64,000 bases of DNA from Okamejei kenojei (taxonomy: Eukaryota), in NCBI GenBank assembly GCA_035221665.1, contig CM069133.1:130510001-130574000 (forward strand), written 5' to 3'. Position numbers and translations under genes: made by a program. Each line of letters starts with the position of its first letter. The stretch's first letter is position 1. The notes under the pieces were generated by a model. It saw only the letters and a program-made list of their open reading frames with translations. It did not search any database and was not told the DNA's origin. This document shows positions 1 through 11,849 of the stretch, piece after piece.

Positions 1-25
1 GTCCATTACATTAATCACAGAATGG

Positions 26-400
26 ATGCTTAATCCAGCAATATTTAAGAATATTGTAACTGAATTTGGTTTACCAGAAATTGATTTGTTTGCATCAAGG
101 CTTAATCATCAATTGCCTAAATATGTGTCTTGGGAACACGATCCAGATGCAGTAGCAGTAGATGCTTTTTCATTGAACTGGGGGAATATGTTCTTTTATG
201 CTTTTCCACCTTTTGCTTTGGTTCAGCAATGTCTGAAGGAAATAGAACAAGATTCTGCCACAGGATTGTTGGTAGTTCCAAATTGGCCAACACAACCTTG
301 GTTCCCATTAATGCTGAATATGATTAAAGAACCATATATGTCAATTCCTAACTGTAGTGATATTTTGATTAATCCAGTAACCAAAAGAAATTTATGCATT
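26..400 (+). pseudogene. DIRS DNA N6-adenine-methyltransferase-like (MT) domain
   Basis: IDLFASRLNHQLPKYVSW...DAFSLNW...YAFPPF...LLVVPNWPTQPWFP, typical of the DIRS MT domain. Confidence 0.85.
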
Positions 401-429
401 ATATGCATATATGAATTTATTAATCTGCA

Positions 430-1439
430 GGTTTTGACCAGACCACTACAGGAGCTGGGATTGTCGGACAAAACTATGGAGGTTATAGTCGCATCATGGC
501 GAGATAACACACAAAAACAATATATGACACATGTTAAGAAATGGGAAGAATTTTGCACACAGTCAAATATTTCTTATGATACGGTGAATATTGCATGTTT
601 GATATTGTGATACTGTGATATTGCATGGAAAATGTATTGGAGCTCCTTGCTAAATTGCATTTTGAGCAACATTTAAGTTACAGTGCTACTAACACTGCAC
701 GCAGTGCCTTATCATCTTATTTAGGACTTATGTCTGACCAGAAATCAATTGGATCACATCCACTAATATCTAGATTCATGAAAGGAATCTTTAATATTAA
801 TCCACCCAAACCTAGATACACAGAGATTTGGGATGTGAGCATTGTACTTACCTTACTTAGACAGTGGACTCCATTGAAAGATTGTCATTGGAAAGATTAA
901 CATTAAAATTAATAATGTTAATATCATTGGTTTCAGCTCAAAGAGTGCAAACTTTACAAATGTTGCGTTTAGACTGTATGCATGTGACTACAGATAACAT
1001 TGTGTTCTATGTTTACGATCTGATCAAACAAAGCAGACCAGGGAGATCTGGAGCTAAGGTAACCTTTCAAGCTTATCCTATTTTGATCCTACTTTGTGTG
1101 TGGTTTAAACATTTGAATCAATATGTTAAAGTTACTGAAACTCTTCGAGGAAATGAAAAAAAAACGTTGATGATTACGCATAAAAAGCCACACACAAAAG
1201 CTTCAGTTCAAACTATCTCAAAATGGTTGAAACAGGTGTTGCTTTTAGCAGGAGTAGACACTGATGTGTTCAAATCTCACTCCACCAGGGCTGCAGCTAC
1301 GTCCGCGGCGAAGGTGCGGGACGTACTACTCGAGCATATTTTAAAAAAATGGAGTAAAGAAGAAACTTTTTCAAAGTTCTACAATAAACCTGTTCACACT
1401 ATGACAAGCTTTGGCCACGCGGTGTTGGGATCAATATAA
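430..1439 (+). pseudogene. DIRS tyrosine recombinase, frameshifted over three ORFs
   Basis: N-terminal SAM-like part (SWRDNTQKQY..KWEEFC; SYSATNTARSALS). Catalytic motifs SAQRVQTL (R), KQSR (K), KSHSTR (HxxR) and FYNKP (Y). Breaks near 600-625 and 864-900. Confidence 0.9.
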
Positions 1440-1706
1440 TTACCTGCTTTGTATACTATTGATTACTATAACCAAGTTATGTAGTCACTTATATCTTTTA
1501 TCACTTGTAATCATTCCCTCGGATATAAGGAGGGTTATATGTTCTTTAAACCATTAAAAAGTTAATTATGGAAAGAACTAATATTAGTCTGGTTTCTCAT
1601 GTATGTATTTACTTAGCCGGACTGTCGTACTAATTAAATACTACGACATAAAAAACACAGAAAGCTTTAAAATCTTCACGTAGTCACTCACGTGACTCCG
1701 AAGTAA

Positions 1707-2016
1707 AATAGTAAGATTAAACGAGAACTTACCAGTTCGAAGTTTGATCGTTATTTTATGAGGAGTTACGATGAGGGATTACGTGCCCTCCACTCCCACC
1801 CTCATAAAATAAATGATCAATCTGGTAGTTCTAAGTCTTTTATGAGCCTTACTATGTTACTTCGGCTGTTTGGTGTTCTGTGTTTTTCATGCCGCTGCTT
1901 TGAAGTATGCCGTTTGCCAGCGTGAGGCGGGGTTCTTCACGTAATCCCTCATCGTAACTCCTCATAAAATAACGATCAAACTTCGAACTGGTAAGTTCTC
2001 GTTTAATCTTACTATT
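1707..2016. repeat. Perfect 79-bp inverted repeat: ICR (1707-1785) vs 3' terminus (1938-2016) of DIRS copy A
   Basis: aatagtaagattaaacg...gagggattacgtg is the exact reverse complement of cacgtaatccctc...cgtttaatcttactatt. Confidence 0.95.
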
Positions 2017-2314
2017 ATACTGACACATGCAAAATACAATCCACTGTCAATGAGTCCAATGCTGGTAATTCTGAGGGTAACGAGACTGAGTACTTTTATT
2101 TTTCACACCAGCCAATACCCTTGTATCAGCAAAAAAAATCCAGACGTGCCATTTGTGTGAGTGGAAACCTTTTTCACGTCTGAGAGACTTTGTAGCAAAG
2201 CGATGTAAAGATTAAGAGGATTACTATGGTTCTTTTAATTAATATGAGAGGGAGTGAGAATAGCAAGTATCCTTTTGGGCTGAAGTAAAGAAATCTGGCT
2301 GTGTTTGATTGTTA

Positions 2315-2532
2315 AAGAAGGAACTGCAGATGCTGGAGAATCGAGGGTACACATAAGGCTGGAGAAACTCAGCGGGTGCAGCAGCATCTAAGGAGCAAAG
2401 GAGATGGGCGACGTTTCGGGTCGAGACCCTTCTTCAGACTGAAGAAGGGTCTCGACCCGAAACGTCGCCTATCTACTTTGCTCCTTAGATGCTGCTGTAC
2501 CCGCTGAGTTTCTCCAGCCTTTTGTGTACCCT
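2315..2532. mobile_element. Palindromic short Penelope pseudo-LTR-derived element with hammerhead-like cores on both strands
   Basis: 94-bp arms 2344-2437 and 2439-2532 centred on cttcag-a-ctgaag. Tail aagaaggaactgcagatgctgg at left. Flanks ctggctgtgtttgat / ctggctttgtttgat resemble a target-site duplication (TSD). Homologous to the end of the PLE at 27727. Confidence 0.85.
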
Positions 2533-3229
2533 GGCTTTGTTTGATATTGGGTGGGGGCAGTGCCTCATGAATTATGCATATGAAGGGATTATTGGTCACA
2601 GTTTACAAACGTGCACACAAGGCTTTTGCCTATGAAGGTGGTGACAGGGGCACAATCAAATGCAAGCCAAAAAGGGGGATATTCTGATATATGGCTTATG
2701 GCTTGATCTAAGGGATTTTAAAGTGCATCGTAAAATCGGAGTGAGAAGTCGAGGGGTTGAAGGTTGGAATTCCAAAGCTTAAGGTTCGAGCAGATAAAAA
2801 TAAGTGTCTTGGAAGTGGAATAAATGAAACTTGGAATGCTGAAGAAACTGCGCTTGGAGAAATCAAGGTGGCTTGAAAAACCGTGGCCAGAGGTAACCAC
2901 AGAGAAGAGAAGGTTGTGTAACGAAGATGGTGGTTTACATGATGTAAGGTTACGTTTAAGAGCTGTGCATAATGAGATTTTGATCAATTATTGGGGCAAC
3001 CACCGATGATAGTTGTCAGCTGAATATGTCCTATAAAGGATGTTCCTTTGTTCTTATTTGTTAAGAAACAGTACCAAAAGGTCTATGCATACCACATTAG
3101 CTTGAGGACTGTGACTTTACCACAAGTGTATTTGCATGTGAAGTTAGTAGAGGTAGAGCGATGATAATAATGTGCTGTGGATGACACTGATATCTCTGAG
3201 CCCAAGGGATTCAAGTGGTCACCACCATC

Positions 3230-3330
3230 ATCCATCCTTTTACTCCAGAGATGCTGCCTGACCCGCTGAGTTACTCCAGAATGTTGTGTCTATCTTTGGT
3301 ATAAACCAGCATCTGCAGTTCTTTCTTTTT
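3230..3330 (+). repeat. Penelope pseudo-LTR/tail fragment
   Basis: ctccagagatgctgcctgacccgctgagttactccag...ccagcatctgcagttc. Confidence 0.7.
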
Positions 3331-3339
3331 CCATTTCAC

Positions 3340-4130
3340 CCACACTAACAGGCTATTCTTGGCACGGGATGATAATGGTTTTCTTTAGAAATAGCAGAAT
3401 GGAATAGGAAGAAGTTAAAGATGTTCGTGAATACCCCTACCAGCTGGTCCACACATATCCTGAGTAAATGTCCAAGAACTCCATCTGGGTCAACCAGTTT
3501 CTGCTAGTTTCCTCTCAGGAAGACTGAACTGATATGGTGACTGCAGGTACAGATGACACATTCCACTGACCTGTTCTGTGTAGAAAGCATTGAGCCCATC
3601 GGGAAGGGACATGCTGGTATCAGCGATACCACCCGACTTCACTTTGTAGCCTGTTATAGCATGCAAGCCTGGCCACAATCGACGGGTGTCCATCTGGTTA
3701 TTCTGGGACTCTAACATGGTCCAGATTTCTTTCTTGACTTTCCCGATGGCTTTTAGAAGGTTGTTCATAGATTTCTTCTGCAGGTCTGAGGAATTCTACC
3801 TCCACACTAATGGGGAAAATGTACAGCTTCTCCATGGTCAGCACCGGAGTCAGGGTCGAACCAGAGTTGCTGGAGCTGGGAGACAGCAACTCCACTAGCT
3901 GCCCCATTGTGGCTGATGCTGCAGCGCAGATGGAGGCCACATGCTATCTGGCTCCGTGCTCTCTCATCCTGATCAAATTACAAGGCTTCTCTCTGTCACA
4001 TGGGAGCAGCATGAACATTGTGAGTGACGGTGAAATGCTGCCAAGGCACAGCACGATGTCCTCATTGAGCGGAGGGATTCCACACATGAGCAGATTGTTG
4101 TCCAGATCAAGCAACAAGATGATTGGTCTC
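3340..4130 (-). mobile_element. Degenerate Rex1/Babar-like LINE ORF fragment
   Basis: Minus-strand translation has DTRRLWPGLHAITGYK...LPDGLNAFY. The reverse complement of 3400-3460 (GQLVGVFTNIFNFFL-like) matches the Rex1 segment at about 45560. Confidence 0.7.
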
Positions 4131-4724
4131 AATGGACACAGGAACACTACCATTAACTGCTTGCGGTTAATCAGGATCCAAAGAGTACTGAATTTTTTTT
4201 GATATACAGTTGCTGGAAATTCCATTTAAAAAAAAGTGTTTTTTTAAAAATTTATTAACATCATGGTTGTTCAAATGTTCAAAACCTTTTGGCGACACTG
4301 ATATGATGGTGGCAGTCGCCAAAAAAATCATCAAGTGGGGCAGGCCCTTTAAGGACCAAATATCAGATTTTCACCAATGTAGATAGAGAGATTATTATAT
4401 ATCCCTACAATGAACAAAAGCTTTTGATTATAATCTTACCACATTGTCACACTAACATTTGGCTAAGCAGTTTAGCACACAGCTTGGAGACTATCAAGCA
4501 AGTAAACCAAATTAAGACAGACGTTTCTAATTGATTACAGTTGGTGGATTGCATTAAGAAGCTGCTTAGCATTATCAACCATGCCAGCAAGCTCAAAGGG
4601 AAGTCTTGATACTCTTATCTCATGCCAAAGATTTGTTTTAAACCAGGGTTGTATTTTGAATTTGAATTTCTTCAATTCAATTTCTTTAACTTCTAACCAT
4701 ATAGCAATGAGCTTTGTGAAATAA

Positions 4725-4985
4725 AGGAGTGCAGATGCTGGTTTATACCAAAGATAAACACAAAGTGCTGGAGTAACTCAGCGGGTCAAACGACATCTCT
4801 GGATAAAAAGGATAGGTGACGTTTCGGGTCGGGACCGTTCTTCAGGCTGAAAGTTGGGGGGGGGAGGGGGGGGTGGAGGGAGGTGGAGAGATGGAGGCAA
4901 GAAAAAAACAGGAACCAATCAGGGCCAGCAACAAATTAAGCCAAGCAGGGAGGTGCCCAGGTAGACGCATTGTTGGCAAGAGAAG
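4725..4985 (-). repeat. Penelope pseudo-LTR fragment with hammerhead-like core (4818-4845)
   Basis: gcagatgctgg...gtgctggagtaactcagcgggtc...gacgtttcgggtcgggaccgttcttcag. Confidence 0.75.
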
Positions 4986-5787
4986 ACAATGTTTGATACT
5001 GGCAAATGGGCAAATTGAATAAGAATTCTCAAATGTCCAGCGATGTTAATATATTTTAGTAAATATTTACAAGGGCAGCAGACATAATGAAGAAACTTAT
5101 TACTGCTGAATTTACTTTAGGTTTGGAGGCCCACTATATCACAAACATTACCACAATCCAATCTGAGGAATTCTCTTGGCAGTGACACTACGATGTCACT
5201 GCTTATTGTAGAGCATTTCATCTGAAATTAATTTACAGATCCATCTCTTAGATAAAGCTAATTTTATGTTGTTTTATTCTCTCCCCTACTAATTTGGCAA
5301 AATGTCATTGTTTAGGATCCAAATTGTAGGCGTTAACTCTGTGAGCTCAAAAAATATCTGAATTCAGCAATGTTGACTGCAAGTTAATTCAGTCTGCCTT
5401 CATTCCTATTTCTAACCCCGCTTTAATGCTGCTGTGTGTGAATACATCAAAATAAATCAAAAAAATGTTTTTAATTTACTTTATGCTGTTTTTCTGATAG
5501 AGCTGGTCCAGATTTTTTCTTGTTTCTGTAGAAGTGTTTCCAAATATGGAAGGAATAATGTTCATCCCACAATGGTTATATGATTACTGTATCTATTCAG
5601 CTTGTCTAAAATGCTTGAAATTTACTATAGCTCTGTAGGGCTTTGATCTCTGAACAATGAGAGTCTTTCATGTGATCTGAAAATTGCAAATATCTGCATT
5701 CAGTTATTAACATTTTGTAAAAATAAATTATGTTCTAAATTTTAAAATGAGCATTTTCGTCAATGGAACAAAAGTCAAGCATAAAGC

Positions 5788-6098
5788 CGAAGGTAGACTA
5801 ATATGCTGGAGAAATTCAGTGGGTGAGGCAGCATCCATGGAGCGAAGGAATAGGTGACGTTTCGGGTCGGGACCCTTCTTCAGACTGATGTGGGGGGGGT
5901 GGTTGGGAGAGAGGGGGGGTGGGGGGGGAGGGAAGAAGAAAGGAAGACTCTTCTCCACCCCCCCCCAAAAATCACTGAAGAAGGGTCTCGACCTGAAACG
6001 TCACCTATTCCTTCGCTCCATGGATGCTGCCTCACCCACTGAGTTTCTCCAGCATTTTTGTCTACCTTCGATTTTCCCAGCATCTGCAGTTCCTTCTT
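5788..6098. mobile_element. Fold-back Penelope-derived short element with 11-bp TSD
   Basis: TSD aagcataaagc at 5777-5787 and 6099-6109. Inverted arms about 5788-5883 and 5975-6070. 3' tail attttcccagcatctgcagttccttctt. Confidence 0.88.
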
Positions 6099-7609
6099 AA
6101 GCATAAAGCTGGATTGCCTAGACAATCAATAATTAATTGATTATTGGCAGAAACATCCAAGACGTGTGGGAGGTTTTAAATCCAAATTTATTCATTCCTA
6201 AATTACCGTTACTATGCTCGTGATGCCCCATTCCCTTCCACACAGATGATCCAGACCAAGGAAAGAAATGCATTTTGAAGAAGTAATTTTTCTTTAACAA
6301 GCTATAATGGAAATTACTTCTTTATCCTTGTTCCTTGCAGCTGATATGCCTTGAAACCACATCAACAGCGAAGTGAAAAATAAATGTGTTAGAAAAATAA
6401 ATGTGTTAGAAATGGTCTCAGCTGAGTCTTTAGAAACCAAGCTTGATGCATGGGGAATAAAAACAGAAAATGTTGGAAATATTCAGCAAGTTAAGCATAT
6501 CAGTGGTGGAGAGAAAGTGCTTCAGGTCAATCACCATTCATCTAAACTTCTAATGCAAAGTGGTTGAGGGAAGAATAAATGAGGCTATGAATAAGCCAGA
6601 GACAGGAGCAAGGCACCCGTAACAAAACTTGAATTCATTTGTGGAAATCAAAAATATTAAACAAGTGGAGGATTTCAGCAACAGCAAAGAGGCAAGAAAC
6701 TATTTAAAATCTATAGAAAATAAAGCACTGAACCGCACATTTAAGGAAGAGAGTAGTTCTAAAGTAGCATATTATTTTGCTATTACAAGATTAAATGAGC
6801 CACTGGCATGTCTGTTTCAAAATAATATAAATTGGAAAAAAAACATTTGATGTTGGCGATGAAGGCCTCAACTATGTGGATAGGAAGCTAAATTATCTAT
6901 GAGGTGCTTTGAATAATAATATGAGGTTCATTAGAACAGAGATTATTGTATCATTATAAGTGGAACCGCATTTCAGCATGGAGAACAAAGTCACTACCTT
7001 TGCCAGAGGCTTTGTTATATTATTGATTAAGTTGGATACCAATTAGCACACAGCTGCCTTGAACTGATGAATCTCATTGTGCCTGAATCCATTTCAAACT
7101 GCAGCTTCTGTATCCAGATAAGGAGGCAAAGGCTGGCCTTGAATTGATATTTTCTGCATTAAGAACAAGAAGACAAGAGAAAGAATCACGCTTCACTCTA
7201 CCATGTATCTCTAACCATGGTATCTTCTTGTGTTTTTGTGTGGGATTTGAAAGGGTGAGAATCGTCTGGTTTAGCATTGTCAAGTTATGATTGATTAGGC
7301 ACAGAATGTTTTTAATGTACATTTATTGAATCAAAGTTCCATTTAAAGAGAAAAGGGGGTTCTGCCCTTTTCCCTGGGTTTGACTGACAACACAATTTAA
7401 AACATTTCAAAGGCTAGCTGCAGCAAGTTTCCTGGGAAGTAATTGCAATCCTTTGACATTTTACGTGTTATGTAACATTAATTTAAAAATGTGTTGTTTT
7501 ATTATTCCTGGCCTGCCCCATATTTCATCAAATGTTAATAATTTCAGACATCAATTTAAGCAATAATTAAGCAATCTGCTGAGAAAATGCTGAATCTGCA
7601 GAAGGAAAT

Positions 7610-9655
7610 AGTAAAAATTGGAAAGAGCCATGGTTTTCAAGGGAAATTGGACACTTGGTTCGAAAAAAGAGAGATATCTACAATAATTATAGGAGGCATG
7701 GAGTAAATGAGGTGCTAGAGGAGTATAAAGAATGCAAAAAGAATCTTAAGAAAGAAATTAGGAAGGCTAAAAGAAGATATGAGGTTGCTTTGGCAAGAAA
7801 GGTGAAAGTAAACCCAAAGGGTTTCTACAGATATATTAATAGCAAAAGGATAACAAGGGATAAAATTGGACCATTAGAGAACCAGAATGGACAGCTATCT
7901 GCAGAGCCAAAAGAGATGGGGGAGATATTGAACAATTTATTTTCTTCGGTATTTACCAAGGAGAAGGATATTGAACTCGGTGAGTTAAGGGGAAAGAGTA
8001 GAGTAGCTATGGAAACTATGAGATTCAAAGAGGAGGAAGTACTGACACTTTTGAAAAATATAAAAGTGGATAAGTCTCCAGGTCCTGACAGGATATTCCC
8101 TAGGACATTGAGGGAAGTTAGTGTAGAAATAGCAGGAGCTATGACAGAAAATATTTCAAATGTCATTAGAAACGGAATAGTGCCGGAGGATTGGCGTACT
8201 GCGCATGTTGTTCCATTGTTTAAAAAGGGTTCAAAGAATAAAACCTAGCAATTATAGACCTATTAGTTTGACGTCAGTGGTGGGCAAATTAATGGAAAGG
8301 ATACTTAGAGATAATAATATAAGCATCAGGATAAACAGGGTCTGATCAGGAACAGTCAACATGGGTTTGTGCCTGGAAGGTCATGTTTGACAAACCTTCT
8401 TGAATTTTTTGAAGCGGTAACTAGGGAAATTGATGAGGGTAAAGCAGTGGATGTTGTCTATATGGATTTCAGTAAGGCCTTTGACAAGGTTCCCCATGGA
8501 AGGTTGGTTAAGAAGGTTCAATCTTTGGGTGTTAATGGCGGAGTAGCAAGATGGATTCAACAGTGGCTGAATGGGAGATGTCAGAGAGTAATGGTGTGCA
8601 TGGCTGTTTGTCAGGTTGGAAGCCGTGACCAGTGGGGTGCCTCAGGGATCTGTGTTGGGTCCACTGTTGTTTGTCATGTACATCAATGATCTGGATGATG
8701 TGGTGGAAAATTGGATAAGTAAGTATGCAGATGATTCTAAGATAGGTGGTGTTTGTGGATAATGAAGTAGATTTTCAAAGTCTACAGAGAGATTTGGGCC
8801 ATTTGGAAAAGTGGGCTGAAAGATGGCAGATGGAGTTTAATGCTGATAAGTGTGAAGTGCTACATCTTGGCAGGACAAATCAAAATAGGATGTACATGGT
8901 AAATGGTAGGGAATTGAGGAATGCTGTGGAACAGAGGGATCTAGGAATAACTGTGCATAGTTCCCTGAAGGTGGAATCGCAGGTAGATAGGGTGGTAAAG
9001 AAAGCCTTTGGGTGTGCTGGCCTTTATAAATCAGAGCATTGAATATAGGAGTAGGGAAGTAATGTTAAAATTGTACAAGGCATTGGTAAGACCAATTCTG
9101 GAGTATGGTGTACAATTTTGGTTGCCTAGTTATAGGAAGGATGTCAACAAAATAGAGAGAGAGTACAGAGGACATTTACTAGAATGTTGCCAGGTTTCCA
9201 GCAACTATGTTACAGAGAAAGGTTGAACAAGTTAGGTCTTTATTCTTTGGAGCGCAGAAGGTTAAGGGGGGACTTGATTGAGGTCTTTAAAATGATGAAA
9301 GGGATAGACAGAGTTGACGTGGATACGTTTTTTTCCCATTGAGGGTAGGGAAGATTCAAACAAGAGGGCATGACATGAGAATTAAGGGACAGAGGTTTCG
9401 GGTAACGTGAGAGGGAAACCTCTTTACTCAGAGGGTGGTGGCTGTGTGGAATCAGCTTCCAGCAGAAGTGGTGGAGGCAGGATCGATTTTAACATTTAAG
9501 AGTAAAGTGGATAGGTATATGGACGTGAAGGGAATGGAGGGGTATGGTCTGAGTGCAGGTAGATGGGACTAGGGGAAAACAAATGGTCGGCACGGACTGG
9601 AAGGGCCGAGAGGGCCTGTTTCCGTGCTGTAATTGTTATATGGTTATATGGTTAT
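7610..9655 (+). mobile_element. CR1 LINE, 5'-truncated, frameshifted RT, (ggttatat)n tail
   Basis: KSPGPDRIFPRTL, GRSCLTNLLEFF, YMDFSKAFDKVPH, WQMEFNADKC. TSD aaggaaat at 7602-7609 and 9656-9663. Confidence 0.95.
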
Positions 9656-9663
9656 AAGGAAAT

Positions 9664-10310
9664 GATCAGAACATTTTAAGTAAAGACCCTTCATCTGGAT
9701 TGAAAGAGCAGAGAGGAGATAGGGCTCAAGAGAGCTAGATAGGGCTTTTAAAGATAGCGGAGTCAGGGGATATGGGGAGAAGGCAGGAACGGGGTACCGA
9801 TTAGGGATAATCAGCCATAATCACATTGAATGGCGGTGCTGGCTCGAAGGGCCGAATGGCCTACTCCTGCACCTATTGTCTATTGAGTACCCAGTGCAAA
9901 GAGGGGAGGGAGGAAAACTGGAAAGTAATAGGTAAATTCACCTTAGGAGGGGTTGAATGGTAGATGATGTCAGGTGGTTGGAATTAGCGACACAAGCTGA
10001 TAAGATGTTGACTCTCAACCTTCTGCTCTTTCAGTCCAGATGAAAGGCCCAGGCCTGAAAAGTCGACTGTCCATTTTCTTCACAGATGCTACTTGACCCA
10101 TTGACTGCCTTCCATCGTTGGTTACACAAAAAGCTGGAGAAACTCAGCGGGTGCAGCAGCATCTAAGGAGCGAAGGAGATAGGCGACGTTTCGGGTCGAG
10201 ACCCTTCTTCAGACTGGTCAGGGATCAGTCTTTTTTCTTGGCGACATTTCGGAGAGCGACTGCCTTCCATCAATTGTTTGTTGCTCCAGATTCCAACATC
10301 TGCAGTCACT
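9664..10310. repeat. Older fold-back Penelope-derived element hosting nested insertions (CR1 3' end about 9730-9885; younger pseudo-LTR about 10120-10215)
   Basis: cttcatctggattgaaagagcaga (about 9690) is inverted to tctgctctttcagtccagatgaa (about 10022). Hammerhead-like motif at 10032-10069. Tail ccaacatctgcagtc. Confidence 0.7.
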
Positions 10311-11164
10311 TGTGTTTTCACTTCAAGAAATAAAGTGGGTACATGGTATGTGATAAAATGTGATGCAGTTATTTTGAGCCAAAATGAAAACTGAAGTTAC
10401 ATTATGATTGTGCCACTGATATGTTGACAGTTCCTTAGAGTGGGATCAGTAGAGTGTAAATGACTGTTATGACGTTTAGGAAAGAAGCAAGAGATAATGG
10501 CTTTCTGAGGGCTGTGTTTACTATCCTGACCATTTGTAATGCTTTCTGATTGTTGTTCTAGCACAGATGGACAAAACAAAATCATGTGTAATCTTGTAAC
10601 GATTAGATACGTGAAATGCTTTAGAGGTGAATAAAGATGAGAAGAATCAACATTAAAGTTGAATGAAGCAGTGAGGTGAAAGGACAGGGAGACCAAAATG
10701 TTCAGTGAATATGTGGAACCCAGATGAAAAGGTGTAGGAAGGAATCTTGTGCCATTTCTTCCATGATATTTAATTTACTTAATTTAAAGAATTAGAAATT
10801 TACCAGCCTCACAGCTTGATTGCGAATCGAGAGTGTTTTATGTGTCCCGAAACCAAACAATGAAATTCTTAATTACAGCAGCACAACAGATATGTTTGAT
10901 CTGTACATTGGTGTGATTTGAATAAAAAAAGAATTAAAGGAGAATATTATAGCCTAAACCAGATTTTGGAAATAGTACATTGATATCTAGTCTGTTCTCC
11001 TATTACTAATTGTTTTATCCTTGGGGATGATTTTAACATCACCTACTTGACAGAAGCAATGTAAACGAACAGTTAAGATTCTCCGAAATCTCCACTTTTG
11101 TTTCTCTTACCAACCATAGTTGATAGTTCAGATATCGGCTTGAAGCCTGTTCAGCAATATAAAC

Positions 11165-11265
11165 AGATTAGAAAAAGGGTCTCGACCTGAAATGTCACCC
11201 ATTCCTTCTCTCCAGAGATGTTGCCTGTCCCGCTGAGTTACTCCAGCATTTTGTGACTACCTTGG
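11165..11265 (+). repeat. Penelope pseudo-LTR fragment
   Basis: aagggtctcgacctgaaatgtcacccattcc...gctgagttactccagcattttgtg. Confidence 0.7.
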
Positions 11266-11849
11266 AAATATACTGTTGTTTCTGCCTGTGCCAGGCCAGG
11301 TGAATTATATTCCATCCAAGTTTGCTTATGTATTTTATGGTACATAAACTTTACAAACTATTTTCTTTCCATGGGTAGTTCTGAATACTGTGAGTGAATT
11401 CAACAGGGGATCTCACACTTCCATATGTGTAATGTGGTTGAGTTGACACCGAATTATTTGACAAGGATGATACTGTTTGCATTAGCACAAGCTATGCAGT
11501 CGAACAAGCTCATGTGTTGAGATGTAATTCTCTCTCTCTCCTAACTCAGACAGTGCACAAGTGTTCTATAAATTAAAGCTAGTTCTTGCTCTGGAAAGAG
11601 CAAGGAATCTATTTTGAAATTGAGTGGTTTCTGTCAGAGGTAATTAGACTCCTCATTGCCAACTTTCTGTGGTGGGGTGAGAAGTGTGGAAGGTGGGGAA
11701 TAAATTTAGAATGAGCTGATTAAAAGGGAGTTACTGGAAATGATGCCTCTGAAATACCAAACATGCAATCAATGGCTGATTATCCTAATGTTCAGATACA
11801 GCTGTGGAGGTTCCTAATTGTATCTAGTAATGAGCCTTCATTACCCACA

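Larger units (their letters stand above)
1..2016 (+). mobile_element. DIRS-type tyrosine-recombinase retrotransposon, 3' part (copy A; 5' end outside the window)
   Basis: Domain order is methyltransferase-like, then tyrosine recombinase, then an internal complementary region (ICR) and a complementary terminus. The same terminal module recurs at about 23460-23806 and 33550-33900. Confidence 0.93.

Noticed and set aside
26-1439. Methyltransferase plus integrase read as a prophage or bacterial restriction-modification island
   Set aside because: The domain order and ICR/terminus structure are those of eukaryotic DIRS elements, embedded among vertebrate LINEs.
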